A stretch of 42,264 nucleotides of DNA from Patescibacteria group bacterium (GCA_028866595.1 JAGWHV010000002.1:1-42264), one strand, 5' to 3'; counted from the stretch's first letter, positions 24,322-35,207 are shown. Notes: generated by a model not told the origin, from the sequence alone. Made by a program: numbers and translations.

Positions 24322-25189
24322 CCGGATTCCTTTTGAACCAGCGCATCTGGCGTTTTGAGAAATCGAATATGTCCTGTCCGAGCCGCGCGAGCGTGCGCTC
24401 GCGCGGCGTCTTGTTCCGGATATGATCGGCGATATGCCTGTATTCAAGGCCGAATTCATGGAGGCGTTTCCATGAGACGCCTTTTTTGTGCAAGCGGGCG
24501 ACTTCCCGGATCATTTTATCGCCTTTCATCCTTTTCAAAAGGCGCGCCCGGATACGCGCGCGGATCGCTGGCCTGTCGGCGGTAAGGCCGATAAAGAGCG
24601 TCTCGTATTTTGCGTCTTTCGCCCTGATTTTCTCGAGAGGCGGCACTTTGCCGAGAGCGCGGGCGATCTCGATAGCTCGGATGATCCGGACTTTGTTATG
24701 CGGGTCTATATCGCGAGCGCGGCGAGGGTCGAGTCGGCGGAGCTCGCGCATGAGCGCCGCTGTCGAGCGTCGCGCCAGGCGAGCGCGCAGTCTTTGATCA
24801 GGAGGCACAGCGGGGAATGATCCGCTGGACAAGAGCGCGTCTATGTAAAAGCCGGTGCCGCCGCAGACTATCGGCACTTTGCCGCGGGCGATGATACCGT
24901 CGATCGCTCGCGCCGCGTCTCGGCGAAAATCTTCGGCCGTGTAGCGGCGGCCTTTCGGATCGGCGACGTTGAGGAGGTGGTGGGGGACGCCGCGCATCTC
25001 GCGGGTGGTGATCTTGCCAGCGCCTATGTCGAGACCGCGGTATACCTGGCGCGAGTCGGCGGAGACGACCTCGCCGCCGAACCGACAAGCAATCTCGACC
25101 GCGAGGTCGCTCTTTCCCGTGGCTGTCTGGCCGAGGACGACGACGATCCGCGGTCTACCATCGTGGCGTTGCTTTTTCATCGTGCTCAA
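24176..25189 (-). CDS. miaA: tRNA dimethylallyltransferase
   Basis: P-loop VLGQTATGKSDLA, VSADSRQVYRGLDIG, GGTGFYI and RQMRWF. It has an unusually long Arg-rich C-terminal tail. Confidence 0.9.
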   Translation of the reverse strand: MSTMKKQRHDGRPRIVVVLGQTATGKSDLAVEIACRFGGEVVSADSRQVYRGLDIGAGKITTREMRGVPHHLLNVADPKGRRYTAEDFRRDAARAIDGIIARGKVPIVCGGTGFYIDALLSSGSFPAVPPDQRLRARLARRSTAALMRELRRLDPRRARDIDPHNKVRIIRAIEIARALGKVPPLEKIRAKDAKYETLFIGLTADRPAIRARIRARLLKRMKGDKMIREVARLHKKGVSWKRLHEFGLEYRHIADHIRNKTPRERTLARLGQDIFDFSKRQMRWFKRNPAITWFSPRETRRVLQQVQSFLRPRLSSRLRGPGRTRRTSRNSAPAKRR

Positions 25190-25465
25190 GTAATATCAAG
25201 CATGAACAAGTTTGGCAACCATGGAAAATGCGCATGCTGGAATAGATGCTCCCGCGCCGACCGCGCTGTCTCCCGATGACTGGCGAAGGATCGCCCAGAA
25301 CATAAAGGACGGCATCGACGTCGAACACGCCGAAAACGCCGTGCGACTCGTCGAAACATTTGAGTTGGCTCTCATGCGGGCGCACTTTCGGATAAAACTG
25401 ACCGAGCCCCTGAGCAAGCCATAGCGCGTGCTGGTCATATCTCCTCTCACGGAGATTTTTCTTTG

Positions 25466-25538
25466 TCGGGATGGCGGGATTCGAACCCGCAGTCACACGT
25501 ACCCGAAACGTGCATGTTAGCCGTTACACCACATCCCG
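25466..25538 (-). tRNA. tRNA-Pro (anticodon CGG)
   Basis: Acceptor CGGGATG/CATCCCG, anticodon loop TTCGGGT, T-arm GCGGGTTCGAATCCCGC. Confidence 0.85.
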
Positions 25539-25556
25539 TGTCTAGTCATTATATGC

Positions 25557-26126
25557 TTAGCTCTTATTGATATTCAATTCTTTAATGAGATCCAAACTTC
25601 TTGTACAGACTCTTACTACATATTTCGGTTTAGAACGGGGATTTCTGTCCTGTACACATTGAGTCGAATAAGAATATCCAAGTCCTGCCAGCATTCTTTC
25701 AACGTCAAGAACGAGCGTCGGTATGATTGAGGTAAAGTTCACGTGTGTATAAGTCCTATCTCTAAAGATAGATCCATCTGTCTCGATAAGGCCGCGCAAG
25801 CAATTTCTTATGAAGTGTTTTTTATTAAATATCCAAGCCGAGGCGCACACTTTTTGTTCATACTTTGACCCTTTACCCGCTTTCCATCCCAAGATATTTT
25901 CCAGACGATTCGAATAACAGGATATATCAATAGATGTTCCATGGTCGATGAGCCCGATCTTGTTGTCGGGCAACAGGATCCTGATAGATCTTTCGATATT
26001 CGTGATGATATTCGGGTATTTTTTGTCGCAAAAGATGCGTAGCCGAACCGCCCGACCATTCGGGTTCGAAAGGTTGCCATCGCCCAAAGCCACGCCTATC
26101 ACATAGGCTGTGTTTTCGTCATGCAT
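25557..26126 (-). CDS. double-motif LAGLIDADG homing endonuclease, free-standing between two tRNA genes
   Basis: 189 aa from MHDENTAYVIGVALGDGNL (motif 1), with a second motif LRGLIETDGSI. The segment is visibly AT-rich compared with its flanks. The track ORF's first 44 codons are read-through of tRNA-Leu. Confidence 0.8.
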   Translation of the reverse strand: MHDENTAYVIGVALGDGNLSNPNGRAVRLRIFCDKKYPNIITNIERSIRILLPDNKIGLIDHGTSIDISCYSNRLENILGWKAGKGSKYEQKVCASAWIFNKKHFIRNCLRGLIETDGSIFRDRTYTHVNFTSIIPTLVLDVERMLAGLGYSYSTQCVQDRNPRSKPKYVVRVCTRSLDLIKELNINKS

Positions 26127-26137
26127 AAAGTGATTTG

Positions 26138-26221
26138 TGCTGGAGGTGGGACTCGAACCCACACGGGCTTGCGCCCACAGCATTTTGAGTGCTGCGCGTA
26201 GACCAATTCCGCCACTCCAGC
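26138..26221 (-). tRNA. tRNA-Leu (anticodon CAA)
   Basis: Acceptor GCTGGAG/CTCCAGC, anticodon stem CAGCA/TGCTG with loop CTCAAAA, long variable arm, T-arm GTGGGTTCGAGTCCCAC. Confidence 0.9.
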
Positions 26222-26307
26222 TCGCGTACAATCTACAACAAAATGCAGCCTTTCTCAATCAACGCCGGCTTGTGGCTGTGCTAAAATAAGAGCAACAATC
26301 TCTTCAC

Positions 26308-27339
26308 ATGGCATCGCAATTTTTCGGAGACTCCATATTCTGGATCGAGACTGACAAGATCAGGCCGAATCCATACCAGCCTCGCCGCGATTTCGACGAG
26401 GCGGCCCTGCGCGACCTCGCCGAATCGATCCGGATGTACGGCTTGCTCCAGCCGCTCGTCGTCACAAGGACGGAGATAGCCAAGGAAGACGGCGGTCTAG
26501 CTGTCCAATACGAGCTCATATCGGGCGAGCGCCGTTTGCGCGCCTCGAAACTCCTCGGCCTCCAGCAGGTGCCGGCGATCATTCGCGCCGACACTGACGA
26601 TGCCCGTATCAAGCTCGAGCTCGCTATCATCGAGAACCTCCAGCGCGAGGACTTGAACCCTGTCGAGCGCGCCCGCTCGTTCCATCAGCTCTCGAATGAA
26701 TTCGGCCTCAAGCACGTTCAAATCGCCCAAAAAATCGGCAAGTCTCGCGAATACGTCTCGAACACCATCCGCCTGCTCGCATTACCCGCCGATATGCTCG
26801 AGTCGCTGTCTCAAGGCAAGATATCCGAAGGCCATGCCCGACCGCTCCTCATGCTCTCCGAGCGGCCGGAGGAGCAGGCGACTTTGTTCAAAGAGATCAC
26901 GTTCAAGCGGCTCACCGTTCGCGAGACGGAGGCATATGCCCGCAAGATCGCCGTCGAGCGTGCCCGCGGCAAGAATCGTTTCCCGAACGTCGAATTCGCC
27001 GAGCTCGAGCGCAAGCTCTCCGAGACCCTTGGCACCCGCGTCTCGATCGAGCAGAAGCAGAAGGGCGGCAAGATCACCATAGACTTTTTCTCGACGGACG
27101 ACCTGCGGGCTATCATGGACATCGTTGAGCACCCGACCGGCGCCAAGCACGACCCGAACGAAATGCTCAACAAGCATGCTGCCGAGACGGCGGCTATCGT
27201 CGCGGACCTCACCGCCGCCTCGGCGCCGGCCGCCGCTCCGGAGGCGCCTGCGGCCCCTATCGACGATCGCTCGAAAGAAGAGAAGCAAGAAGACGAGAAC
27301 TCCGAAGACCTCTATTCGATAAAAAATTTTTCGGTATAG
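26308..27339 (+). CDS. parB: ParB/Spo0J family partition protein with an A/P/E-rich C-terminal tail
   Basis: IRPNPYQPRRDF, LIESIRMYGLLQPLVV, ELISGERRLRASK, and an HTH region (QIAQKIGKSREYVSNTIRLL). No parA is adjacent. Confidence 0.9.
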   Translation: MASQFFGDSIFWIETDKIRPNPYQPRRDFDEAALRDLAESIRMYGLLQPLVVTRTEIAKEDGGLAVQYELISGERRLRASKLLGLQQVPAIIRADTDDARIKLELAIIENLQREDLNPVERARSFHQLSNEFGLKHVQIAQKIGKSREYVSNTIRLLALPADMLESLSQGKISEGHARPLLMLSERPEEQATLFKEITFKRLTVRETEAYARKIAVERARGKNRFPNVEFAELERKLSETLGTRVSIEQKQKGGKITIDFFSTDDLRAIMDIVEHPTGAKHDPNEMLNKHAAETAAIVADLTAASAPAAAPEAPAAPIDDRSKEEKQEDENSEDLYSIKNFSV

Positions 27340-27397
27340 TTCCGCAAAATATTTTCGAGCTTTGTCTTGTGAGGTATATAATGGGCGAGGAGTTCCT

Positions 27398-27628
27398 ATG
27401 CCCATACGATATCCGAACACCGATCGCTCGACGAAGGTGCTTAGGGCCTGTGCGAAGGCGGAGAAGGACGGAACCATCGCAGATCCGAAAGTCCATGCCC
27501 GCATTTTCGGGACCAAGAAGCAAAGAATGGCCAGCGCGAAACGTGTTGAGCGCGCTGTCGCGCGTTTTGTCAAAAACGAAGAGCGATATGCGAAGAAATG
27601 CCGGCGGGTGAATTCCGGTGTATATTGA
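27398..27628 (+). CDS. hypothetical small basic protein
   Basis: 76 aa. GAGGAG SD lies 7 nt before the ATG, and TATAAT is at 27377-27382. An intrinsic terminator follows directly. Confidence 0.5.
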   Translation: MPIRYPNTDRSTKVLRACAKAEKDGTIADPKVHARIFGTKKQRMASAKRVERAVARFVKNEERYAKKCRRVNSGVY

Positions 27629-27637
27629 GTTTCTTCC

Positions 27638-27659
27638 AGCCGGGATTTTCCCGGCTTTT
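27638..27659 (+). terminator. intrinsic terminator
   Basis: AGCCGGGA-ttt-TCCCGGCT followed by TTTTA. Confidence 0.75.
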
Positions 27660-27676
27660 ATATGGAGAGAGCGGGC

Positions 27677-29932
27677 CTAAGCGGTTTTTTTGCGAGCGAA
27701 GCCGCGGCGCTTTTTCGGCTCGCGCAGGATCTCGAGGGCGCGCTCGAGGGCGATCGTATAGACGTCGTCGGGCGCTTTGACGGATCGGAAGTCGCCGTCA
27801 TGGACTATGTACGGGCCGAAGCGGCCGATCGAGGCGCTGATTATTTTGCCCGTCTCCGGATGGACGCCGAGCTGGCGGGGCAGGGACAAATAATGGACGG
27901 CTTGGTCAAGGGTGACGTCTTCTGGTTTGACGTCTTTTGGCACGCTCGCCCGGCGCAGTTTCGGTTTCGGCGCCTTTTTTGATTTCTTCTCTGGTTTTTC
28001 TTCATCGGCCGGCATGACCATCTCCACGTACGGGCCGTATTTACCCGTCTTGAGAGTTATCTCGCTGCCGGTATCTGGATGGATGCCGATGACTTTGTCT
28101 TTCGGCAATTCTTTGCCTTCGATCGTGAGAGCGCCGGTGCAATCAGGATAGCGGGAGCATGACAGGAATTTGCCGGAGCGGCCGAGCTTGATGATCATCG
28201 ACGCGCCGCAGATAGGGCATGTGAACCGCGGATCGGCCTCGCCGAGCGTCGTCGCTTTGTCGAGCTTGTCTTTGGCTTTGACTTCTTTGGCGAAAGGCTT
28301 ATAGAAATCGGAGAGGGTCTTCTCGTACTGAGCCTTGCCATCGGCGATGAGGTCGAGCTTGTCTTCCATCTCGGCGGTGAAGGTGTCGCTTATATAAGAG
28401 CCGAAATTATCCTCAAGGAAGCCGGAGACGACCTCGCCCGTATCCGTCGGTCGGAGGTTGCGGTTCTCTTTTGTGACGTACTCGCGGTCCTCGAGCGTCT
28501 TGATGATCGACGCGTACGTCGAAGGGCGGCCGATGCCGCGCTTTTCGAGCTCTTTGACGAGGCCGGCTTCGGAGTAGCGGCTCGGCGGCTCGGTGAACTT
28601 TTCCTGAGACGAGATATCGACGATCGTGAGAGGGTCGCCCTGCGAGACTTTCGGCAATTCGACGTCTTCGCCCTGGGCGGCGGGATCGGCTTCGAGCCAG
28701 CCCCTATATATTGTGCGCGAGCCGTTCGCTTGGAAATCGGGGATGGACTGAGTCCCCGTGCTTTTCGGAGCCGCGGCCGCGACTGCGGCCGCGGCGATAT
28801 TCGCCACGATCTTCGTCCTCATGACGCGAGCGTCCGCCATCTGCGAAGCGACGGCGCGAGCCCAGACGAGGCCATAGAGCTTTTTCTCTTCGTCTGTCGA
28901 ACCGGCGGCATGGCGTGAGGCATCTGTTGGGCGGACGGCCTCGTGGGCTTCCTGGGCATTCTTGGATTTTGTCGCGAATGTCCGGATATGGACGGCTTCT
29001 TTACCGAACGTCCGCTCTATCATGCCGGCGATCTGACCCACGGCCTGCTTGGAAAGGTTCGTCGAGTCCGTGCGCATGTAGGTGATGAGACCGGCTTCGT
29101 AGAGTTTTTGGGCTATGCGCATTGTCCGGGCAGGCGAGAAGCCGAGTCGCGTCGAGGCGGCCTGCTGGAGCGTCGATGTCGTGAACGGCGCCCGCGGGCT
29201 GCGCTTGGCCTCGGTCTCTTCGACGGAGACGACATGCCAAGGATTCTCTTTGCCTGTTTTGACGATCCGCTCGGCCTCGGCCGCGGCACCCGGGCCTTTC
29301 GGCTCTTCGGAGCAGACGAGAGAAAGATCGGCAGAGCCGGTCTTCGTCTCTGCTGTTATGACGAAATATCGTTCGGGCGTGAATGCGCGGATCTCGCGCT
29401 CGCGCTCGACTATGATGCGGAGAGCGGGGGACTGGACGCGGCCGGCGGAGAGGCCGTAGCGGACTTTTTTCCAGATGACGCCGGAGAGGTCGTAACCAAC
29501 GAGGCGGTCGAGGACGCGCCGCGCCTCTTGGGCGCGGCGCAAGCTCTCGTCGATCTCTCGCGGGTGTCCGAGCGCTTCGACGATCGCGTCTTTGGTTATC
29601 TCATGGAAGACGACGCGCCGGACGGGCTTGCCGTGGAAATCTACTGCCTGGGCGATATGCCATGCGATTGCTTCGCCTTCGCGGTCGGGGTCGGTCGCGA
29701 GCAAAACCTCGTCGGACTTCTTGGCGAGCTTCTCGATCTCATGAAGGACTTTTTCTTTGCCAGCGGAGACTTCGTAATGGGGAGTGAAATGCTCCATGTC
29801 GATCGCTTTTTTATTCGATTTGGGCAAGTCGCGGACATGGCCGATCGACGCGACGACGGTGTAATCGCTTCCGAGGTATTTGCCGATGGTCTTGGCTTTT
29901 GCCGGAGACTCCACGATGAGCAGTTTCGACAT
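27677..29932 (-). CDS. topA: DNA topoisomerase I
   Basis: MSKLLIVESPAKAKTIGKYLG (Toprim), DPDREGEAI, the active-site region GLITYMRTDS, and C-terminal zinc-ribbon (CPICG...CSRYPDC) and repeat domains. Confidence 0.95.
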   Translation of the reverse strand: MSKLLIVESPAKAKTIGKYLGSDYTVVASIGHVRDLPKSNKKAIDMEHFTPHYEVSAGKEKVLHEIEKLAKKSDEVLLATDPDREGEAIAWHIAQAVDFHGKPVRRVVFHEITKDAIVEALGHPREIDESLRRAQEARRVLDRLVGYDLSGVIWKKVRYGLSAGRVQSPALRIIVEREREIRAFTPERYFVITAETKTGSADLSLVCSEEPKGPGAAAEAERIVKTGKENPWHVVSVEETEAKRSPRAPFTTSTLQQAASTRLGFSPARTMRIAQKLYEAGLITYMRTDSTNLSKQAVGQIAGMIERTFGKEAVHIRTFATKSKNAQEAHEAVRPTDASRHAAGSTDEEKKLYGLVWARAVASQMADARVMRTKIVANIAAAAVAAAAPKSTGTQSIPDFQANGSRTIYRGWLEADPAAQGEDVELPKVSQGDPLTIVDISSQEKFTEPPSRYSEAGLVKELEKRGIGRPSTYASIIKTLEDREYVTKENRNLRPTDTGEVVSGFLEDNFGSYISDTFTAEMEDKLDLIADGKAQYEKTLSDFYKPFAKEVKAKDKLDKATTLGEADPRFTCPICGASMIIKLGRSGKFLSCSRYPDCTGALTIEGKELPKDKVIGIHPDTGSEITLKTGKYGPYVEMVMPADEEKPEKKSKKAPKPKLRRASVPKDVKPEDVTLDQAVHYLSLPRQLGVHPETGKIISASIGRFGPYIVHDGDFRSVKAPDDVYTIALERALEILREPKKRRGFARKKTA

Positions 29933-30005
29933 ATTGTGCCAAGTATTACACGAAGCGAAAAAATATAGCAAATGATGGCAAGAAAAAACCGCTCGAGAGA
30001 GCGGC

Positions 30006-30521
30006 TCAAAGCAAGCTGTGCACGCGATCCGTAGCGCGGCCCGAAGGCCTGGTCAGACGGAGGTCTTTCTGGGATCCAAACGCGAGATCGATCACCAGGG
30101 CGAGACAAGGTCCCTGCAGTTTTCCTTGAGGGATCTTCGCTATTCGCCAGCCGCCCGCGATCATATCGAGCGCCCAGCCTTGGCCGGAAGCGTCGCGCGC
30201 TACGATGCGGATTTCGCCGTCGAACCAGCGTCGCAGAGATGCGAGCTCTCGCGGCTGTTCCTTTTCAAGACGCTCAAGCCACTCGGGAGCGGCGAGCGTC
30301 CTGCCAAGGTTCCGGATATAGCTGTCGATCTCGAGCACGTCGCTATCCTTTTTCACGCGGAGGACGTTGATCCGTTCGGGGCCGTCGAAACGGATCCGCT
30401 TGCCCAGGCGGTAGTAACTCGTCCAACCGAGAGGGTCTACGAGCTTGTAAAGGATGCACACGACGAGAGCTGCGGCCGCCGCAAATTCCATAAGCGACAA
30501 TACGTCAGTTTGAAGATTCAT
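30006..30521 (-). CDS. hypothetical protein with N-terminal TM helix
   Basis: 171-aa ORF between dprA and topA on the same strand. No recognisable motif. Confidence 0.45.
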   Translation of the reverse strand: MNLQTDVLSLMEFAAAAALVVCILYKLVDPLGWTSYYRLGKRIRFDGPERINVLRVKKDSDVLEIDSYIRNLGRTLAAPEWLERLEKEQPRELASLRRWFDGEIRIVARDASGQGWALDMIAGGWRIAKIPQGKLQGPCLALVIDLAFGSQKDLRLTRPSGRATDRVHSLL

Positions 30522-30566
30522 CGGGAGTGGGGTCCGGATATATTTCTAACAGAATACAAGTCGAAG

Positions 30567-31454
30567 TCAAATGCGCCGCCGGCGCAACGCGCCGGCGGCG
30601 CCCTCCAGCAAACCCTTCATCTCAAGCGCCGAAACCGCGCCGGCGAAGCGAGCCGCGTCGAGGCCGCTCCGTCGGCAGGCTTCTTCTCGCGAGATCGGCT
30701 CCTCGAGGACCTTGAAAACCTGCCGCTCGTCTTCGGAGAGCGCGAGCTTCTCATCAGATCGAGGCGCGTCCGCGTCAAACCCGAGCCTCTCCGCCAAGTC
30801 GCGGCTCGACAAGACAGGGGAAGCGCCATCGCTGATGAGCTTATTCGAACCGGTGCTCCTCTTTGAGAAGATCTGTCCTGGCACGACGAAGACGTCGCGG
30901 CCGAGATTTGCCGCATGTTGGGCAGTGATAAGAGTTCCCGAGCCCTCTGCCGCCTCGACGACGAGCGTCGCATGAGCGAGGCCGGCCATAATGCCGTTTC
31001 TCACCGGGAATGTCCAATTATTCCCCATGATTGTCTCGGCGAAAGGACTGACGAGCGCGCCGCCCGCGGCAAGGATCCTCCGGGCGAGCCCTATATGCGC
31101 GGCGGGATATATCATATCGTCGGCGAGCCCTGATCCCGGCACGGCGATAGTGGTGAGACCATTCTCAAGAGCTGCCTCGTGGGCGATCGAGTCGATACCA
31201 TAGGCAAGGCCGGATATGATGACGACAGACAAGCCGCGCAGGCCGGCGATGAGCTCCTTGCAGGCGGCCGCTCCATATTCCGTGCACCGTCTCGAACCGA
31301 CGACGGCGAGAAAGATCGTCGAACCTTCCGCGGGCATAGCTCCGCGGACATAGAGGCGGTCGGGCTTGTAGACAGAGCCATCCAGAGCTTCACGGAGAAG
31401 TCGCGGAAAATGCTCGCTCTCTATCGTATGTATCGGATAGTCAATGGAATTCAT
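30567..31454 (-). CDS. dprA: DNA-processing protein DprA (Smf)
   Basis: 295 aa from MNSIDYP.... Rossmann-like DprA core (VVGSRRCTEYG, ISGLAYGIDSIAHEAAL, VEAAEGSGTLITA) and a C-terminal winged-helix-like tail. Confidence 0.9.
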   Translation of the reverse strand: MNSIDYPIHTIESEHFPRLLREALDGSVYKPDRLYVRGAMPAEGSTIFLAVVGSRRCTEYGAAACKELIAGLRGLSVVIISGLAYGIDSIAHEAALENGLTTIAVPGSGLADDMIYPAAHIGLARRILAAGGALVSPFAETIMGNNWTFPVRNGIMAGLAHATLVVEAAEGSGTLITAQHAANLGRDVFVVPGQIFSKRSTGSNKLISDGASPVLSSRDLAERLGFDADAPRSDEKLALSEDERQVFKVLEEPISREEACRRSGLDAARFAGAVSALEMKGLLEGAAGALRRRRI

Positions 31455-31511
31455 AGCCGAATCATTGTAGGATAGAGGAGCTAAACGACCGCCCAAGAAA
31501 AGATAAATCCC

Positions 31512-32819
31512 ATGCTCGACATCAAATTCATCCGAGAGAACAAGGAGCTCGTCAAGGCAGGCGCACTCAAAAAGCGCGTAAAGATAGATATTGACGCCCT
31601 CATCAGCCTTGATGACAAGCGCCGGGCGCTCGCGTCTGCCGTCGAGGCGAAACGCGCCGAGCAGAACGCCGTTTCCCTGAAGATCCCATCCGCCAGCCCG
31701 GAAGAGAAGGCGGGCATACTTGAATCGATGAAGCGCCTCAAGACAGAGATGCAGGTGGAGGAAAACGAGCTTTCTTCGATCATGAAAGACTGGCAGGCGG
31801 CGATGCTCCGCGTGCCGAACATACCCGATATGTCCGTGCCCGACGGCGATAGCGACGTCGATAATCAAGAAATCAAGGCTTGGGGTGCCAAGACAGCTTT
31901 TTCTTTTGAAGCCAAAGATCATGTCGAGCTCATGACCGCTCTTGGCATGGCCGATTTCGAGCGCGGCGCCAAAGTCCACGGCTTCCGCGGATATTTTCTC
32001 ACTGGGCCGGGCGCGCGCCTCTCGTTCGCCATCTGGAATTACGCCCTTGAATTCTTTTCTAAACGCGGGATGACGCCGATCATTCCGCCTGTCATTGTCC
32101 GCAAGGAGAACCTCTACGGCACCGCTCATCTGCCTGGCGATGTCGAAGATTTCTATGAGACCCAGGATCATGACGTCCTCGCCGGCACGGCCGAAGTCCC
32201 CGTCATGGCATATCATTCCGGCGAGACACTCGACGTCGCCCGGTTTCCGATAAAATATCTTGGCTTCTCGCCGTGCTTCCGCCGCGAGGCCGGCAGTCAT
32301 TCCAAGGACGTCAAAGGCCTCATCCGCGTCCATGAATTCTATAAATTGGAGCAAGTCGTCCTCTGCGAAGCTTCGCATGAGACGTCGGTCAAGCTCCACG
32401 ATGAGATCAATCGCAATACCGAGGAATTCATCGAATCGCTCGGCATACCGTATCAGACGGTCGTGAACTGCGGCGCCGATCTCGGCCTCGGCCAAGTCAA
32501 GAAATACGACATCAATCTCTGGGTGCCGAAAGAAGGGAAGTACCGCGAGATATCGTCGGCTTCGTACTTCCATGATTTCCAGTGTCGGCGCTTCAACATC
32601 CGCTATCGCGACGCGGACGGCAAGCTTCGGTACGCTCATTCCCTTAACTGCACCGCTATTCCGACGCCCCGCATCCTCGTGTCTCTTGTCGAGAACAATC
32701 AGCAAGCAGATGGCTCTATCCGCATCCCGCCCGCCCTTCAGCCCTATTTCGGTTCCGACGTTATCAAGAAGGCCGCGCCGGCGGTCGCCGGCGCGGCCAC
32801 ACCTGGCGCGAACGCCTAA
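31512..32819 (+). CDS. serS: seryl-tRNA synthetase
   Basis: 435 aa. N-terminal coiled-coil arm and class II motifs (FRGYFLTGPGARL, CFRREAGS, GLGQVKKYDINLW, NCTAIPTPRILV). Confidence 0.95.
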   Translation: MLDIKFIRENKELVKAGALKKRVKIDIDALISLDDKRRALASAVEAKRAEQNAVSLKIPSASPEEKAGILESMKRLKTEMQVEENELSSIMKDWQAAMLRVPNIPDMSVPDGDSDVDNQEIKAWGAKTAFSFEAKDHVELMTALGMADFERGAKVHGFRGYFLTGPGARLSFAIWNYALEFFSKRGMTPIIPPVIVRKENLYGTAHLPGDVEDFYETQDHDVLAGTAEVPVMAYHSGETLDVARFPIKYLGFSPCFRREAGSHSKDVKGLIRVHEFYKLEQVVLCEASHETSVKLHDEINRNTEEFIESLGIPYQTVVNCGADLGLGQVKKYDINLWVPKEGKYREISSASYFHDFQCRRFNIRYRDADGKLRYAHSLNCTAIPTPRILVSLVENNQQADGSIRIPPALQPYFGSDVIKKAAPAVAGAATPGANA

Positions 32820-32825
32820 TCTCAT

Positions 32826-33734
32826 ATGCGCGGGCAGGTCAAAATCTATCAGAAGAAGCTCGCCGCCCGCCGCCGCAGGCGCATCGCTCTCATAATCCTG
32901 TGCTCCGTGGCGGCGGCGGGCCTTATCGTCTCTGGCCTTTCGTATCTTTCAGAGCTCGATGCCCTGGCTATCCGGAACATCTCTGTGGCTGGTAACGAGC
33001 GCCTTTCATCATCTACGGTCGATGCGATCGTCCTTCGCGATCTCGCCGGTAATTATCTCGGCTTCTTTTCGCGGGCAAATGCACTCCTGTATCCGCATGG
33101 CGAGATCATCAGCGACATCGCCGCTTTGCCTCTCGTCCGATCGGTCTCCGTGTCTCGCGATGGCTTCTCCGGCTTGGCTATCGATATAGCCGAGCGCGAT
33201 GAAGTAGCCGAATGGTGCGATGGCCAGGCGCCTCCGCTTTCCTATGTCACAGCGACAGATACCACGGCATATGACGCTATCGGCACGGACGTCCGATCGC
33301 TCGCGTGCTATTCGGTCGATGAAGACGGTCTCGTATTCGCTGCGGCCGCGCCGGCTTCGGCCGGCGCGGCCACCTCTGCCCCATCCTTTATATATAGAGG
33401 CATTCTTGCCGGAGATCCTGTAGGTCAACAGCTCATGCCGGCCGCCGATTTCAAGAAAGTCCAATTCTTTATGACGGAGCTCTCCAATCTGCCTGTTGAT
33501 CCGCGCGAAGTATACATGTATGGCACGACGACCGCTCCTGATTATATGGATGTTCTCCTCGGCGGCGGAGGCAGGCTCGTCATCGACAGCCGCGACGATC
33601 TCTCATCTGTTCTTGACAATATCGCCACCGTGCTCTCTGACAAGATCGTCGTGCCTGATGAGGCGGCGTTTCTCGACCGCCTCGATTACATGAAGCTCGA
33701 CATCGGTGACAAGATCATATACAAGCTTCGATAA
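32826..33734 (+). CDS. FtsQ-like cell-division protein (TM + POTRA)
   Basis: 302 aa. Basic N-terminus, a TM, then a POTRA-like block (LAIRNISVAGNERLSSSTVDAIV). Confidence 0.6.
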   Translation: MRGQVKIYQKKLAARRRRRIALIILCSVAAAGLIVSGLSYLSELDALAIRNISVAGNERLSSSTVDAIVLRDLAGNYLGFFSRANALLYPHGEIISDIAALPLVRSVSVSRDGFSGLAIDIAERDEVAEWCDGQAPPLSYVTATDTTAYDAIGTDVRSLACYSVDEDGLVFAAAAPASAGAATSAPSFIYRGILAGDPVGQQLMPAADFKKVQFFMTELSNLPVDPREVYMYGTTTAPDYMDVLLGGGGRLVIDSRDDLSSVLDNIATVLSDKIVVPDEAAFLDRLDYMKLDIGDKIIYKLR

Positions 33735-33737
33735 AAA

Positions 33738-33756
33738 AGCCCCGCAGGGCGGGGCT
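33738..33756. terminator. intrinsic terminator between convergent genes
   Basis: AGCCCCGC-agg-GCGGGGCT with an A-run on the plus-strand 5' side, which reads as a T-run for the minus-strand gene. Confidence 0.7.
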
Positions 33757-33760
33757 CTCG

Positions 33761-34093
33761 TTACAATATATCCATGAGGCCGCTTGTTTCTTCTTCAGGG
33801 ACGGTCCTCACGGAGAAATATGACGCACCGATCAGTTCGATGGATATCTCCCTGTTGCCCTTGTCGTTCGGCCGCGCGCTTATCGAGAGGCCGATGAGAT
33901 CGCCGAGATCTCCCGAGGGGAGTCTGCAGAATCTCACCTCAAACTGTCGCCTATGCAAGCCCTCGAATCTCACGACCGGATAGGAGTCGCCGTCGAGTCC
34001 GACAGTGGTCCGGTTGCGGAAGAGGACGTCGTTCTTCGGGATGTGGTACGGGATCTCGCACCTCTCTGACATCACTCTCGTGCTATTATTCAT
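33761..34093 (-). CDS. hypothetical protein
   Basis: 110-aa ORF with a terminator directly downstream. No recognisable motif. Confidence 0.4.
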   Translation of the reverse strand: MNNSTRVMSERCEIPYHIPKNDVLFRNRTTVGLDGDSYPVVRFEGLHRRQFEVRFCRLPSGDLGDLIGLSISARPNDKGNREISIELIGASYFSVRTVPEEETSGLMDIL

Positions 34094-34182
34094 CTCTTCC
34101 TAGCTTAGTACTCGTGCTACGCAAGTCAAGGATGTGGATCCTTGCTCTGGTCCTCTCAATCATTTAGAGTTCACCTATTCGC

Positions 34183-35154
<972 letters not shown>

Positions 35155-35207
35155 TGGCTTAAAATAAAGGTGTTTTTGCAGTCACAGCGTTTTTCCTCAA
35201 AAGGCGC

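Noticed and set aside
26127-26258. N-terminal 44 codons of the LAGLIDADG ORF
   Set aside because: This stretch is a translation through tRNA-Leu(CAA), which folds as an intact class II tRNA. The endonuclease homology begins at the internal Met.
30567-32825. 752-aa minus-strand ORF
   Set aside because: Only the last 295 codons (from MNSIDYP at 31454) are DprA. The upstream 450 codons are the stop-free antisense of serS (31512-32819), which has unmistakable class II synthetase motifs.
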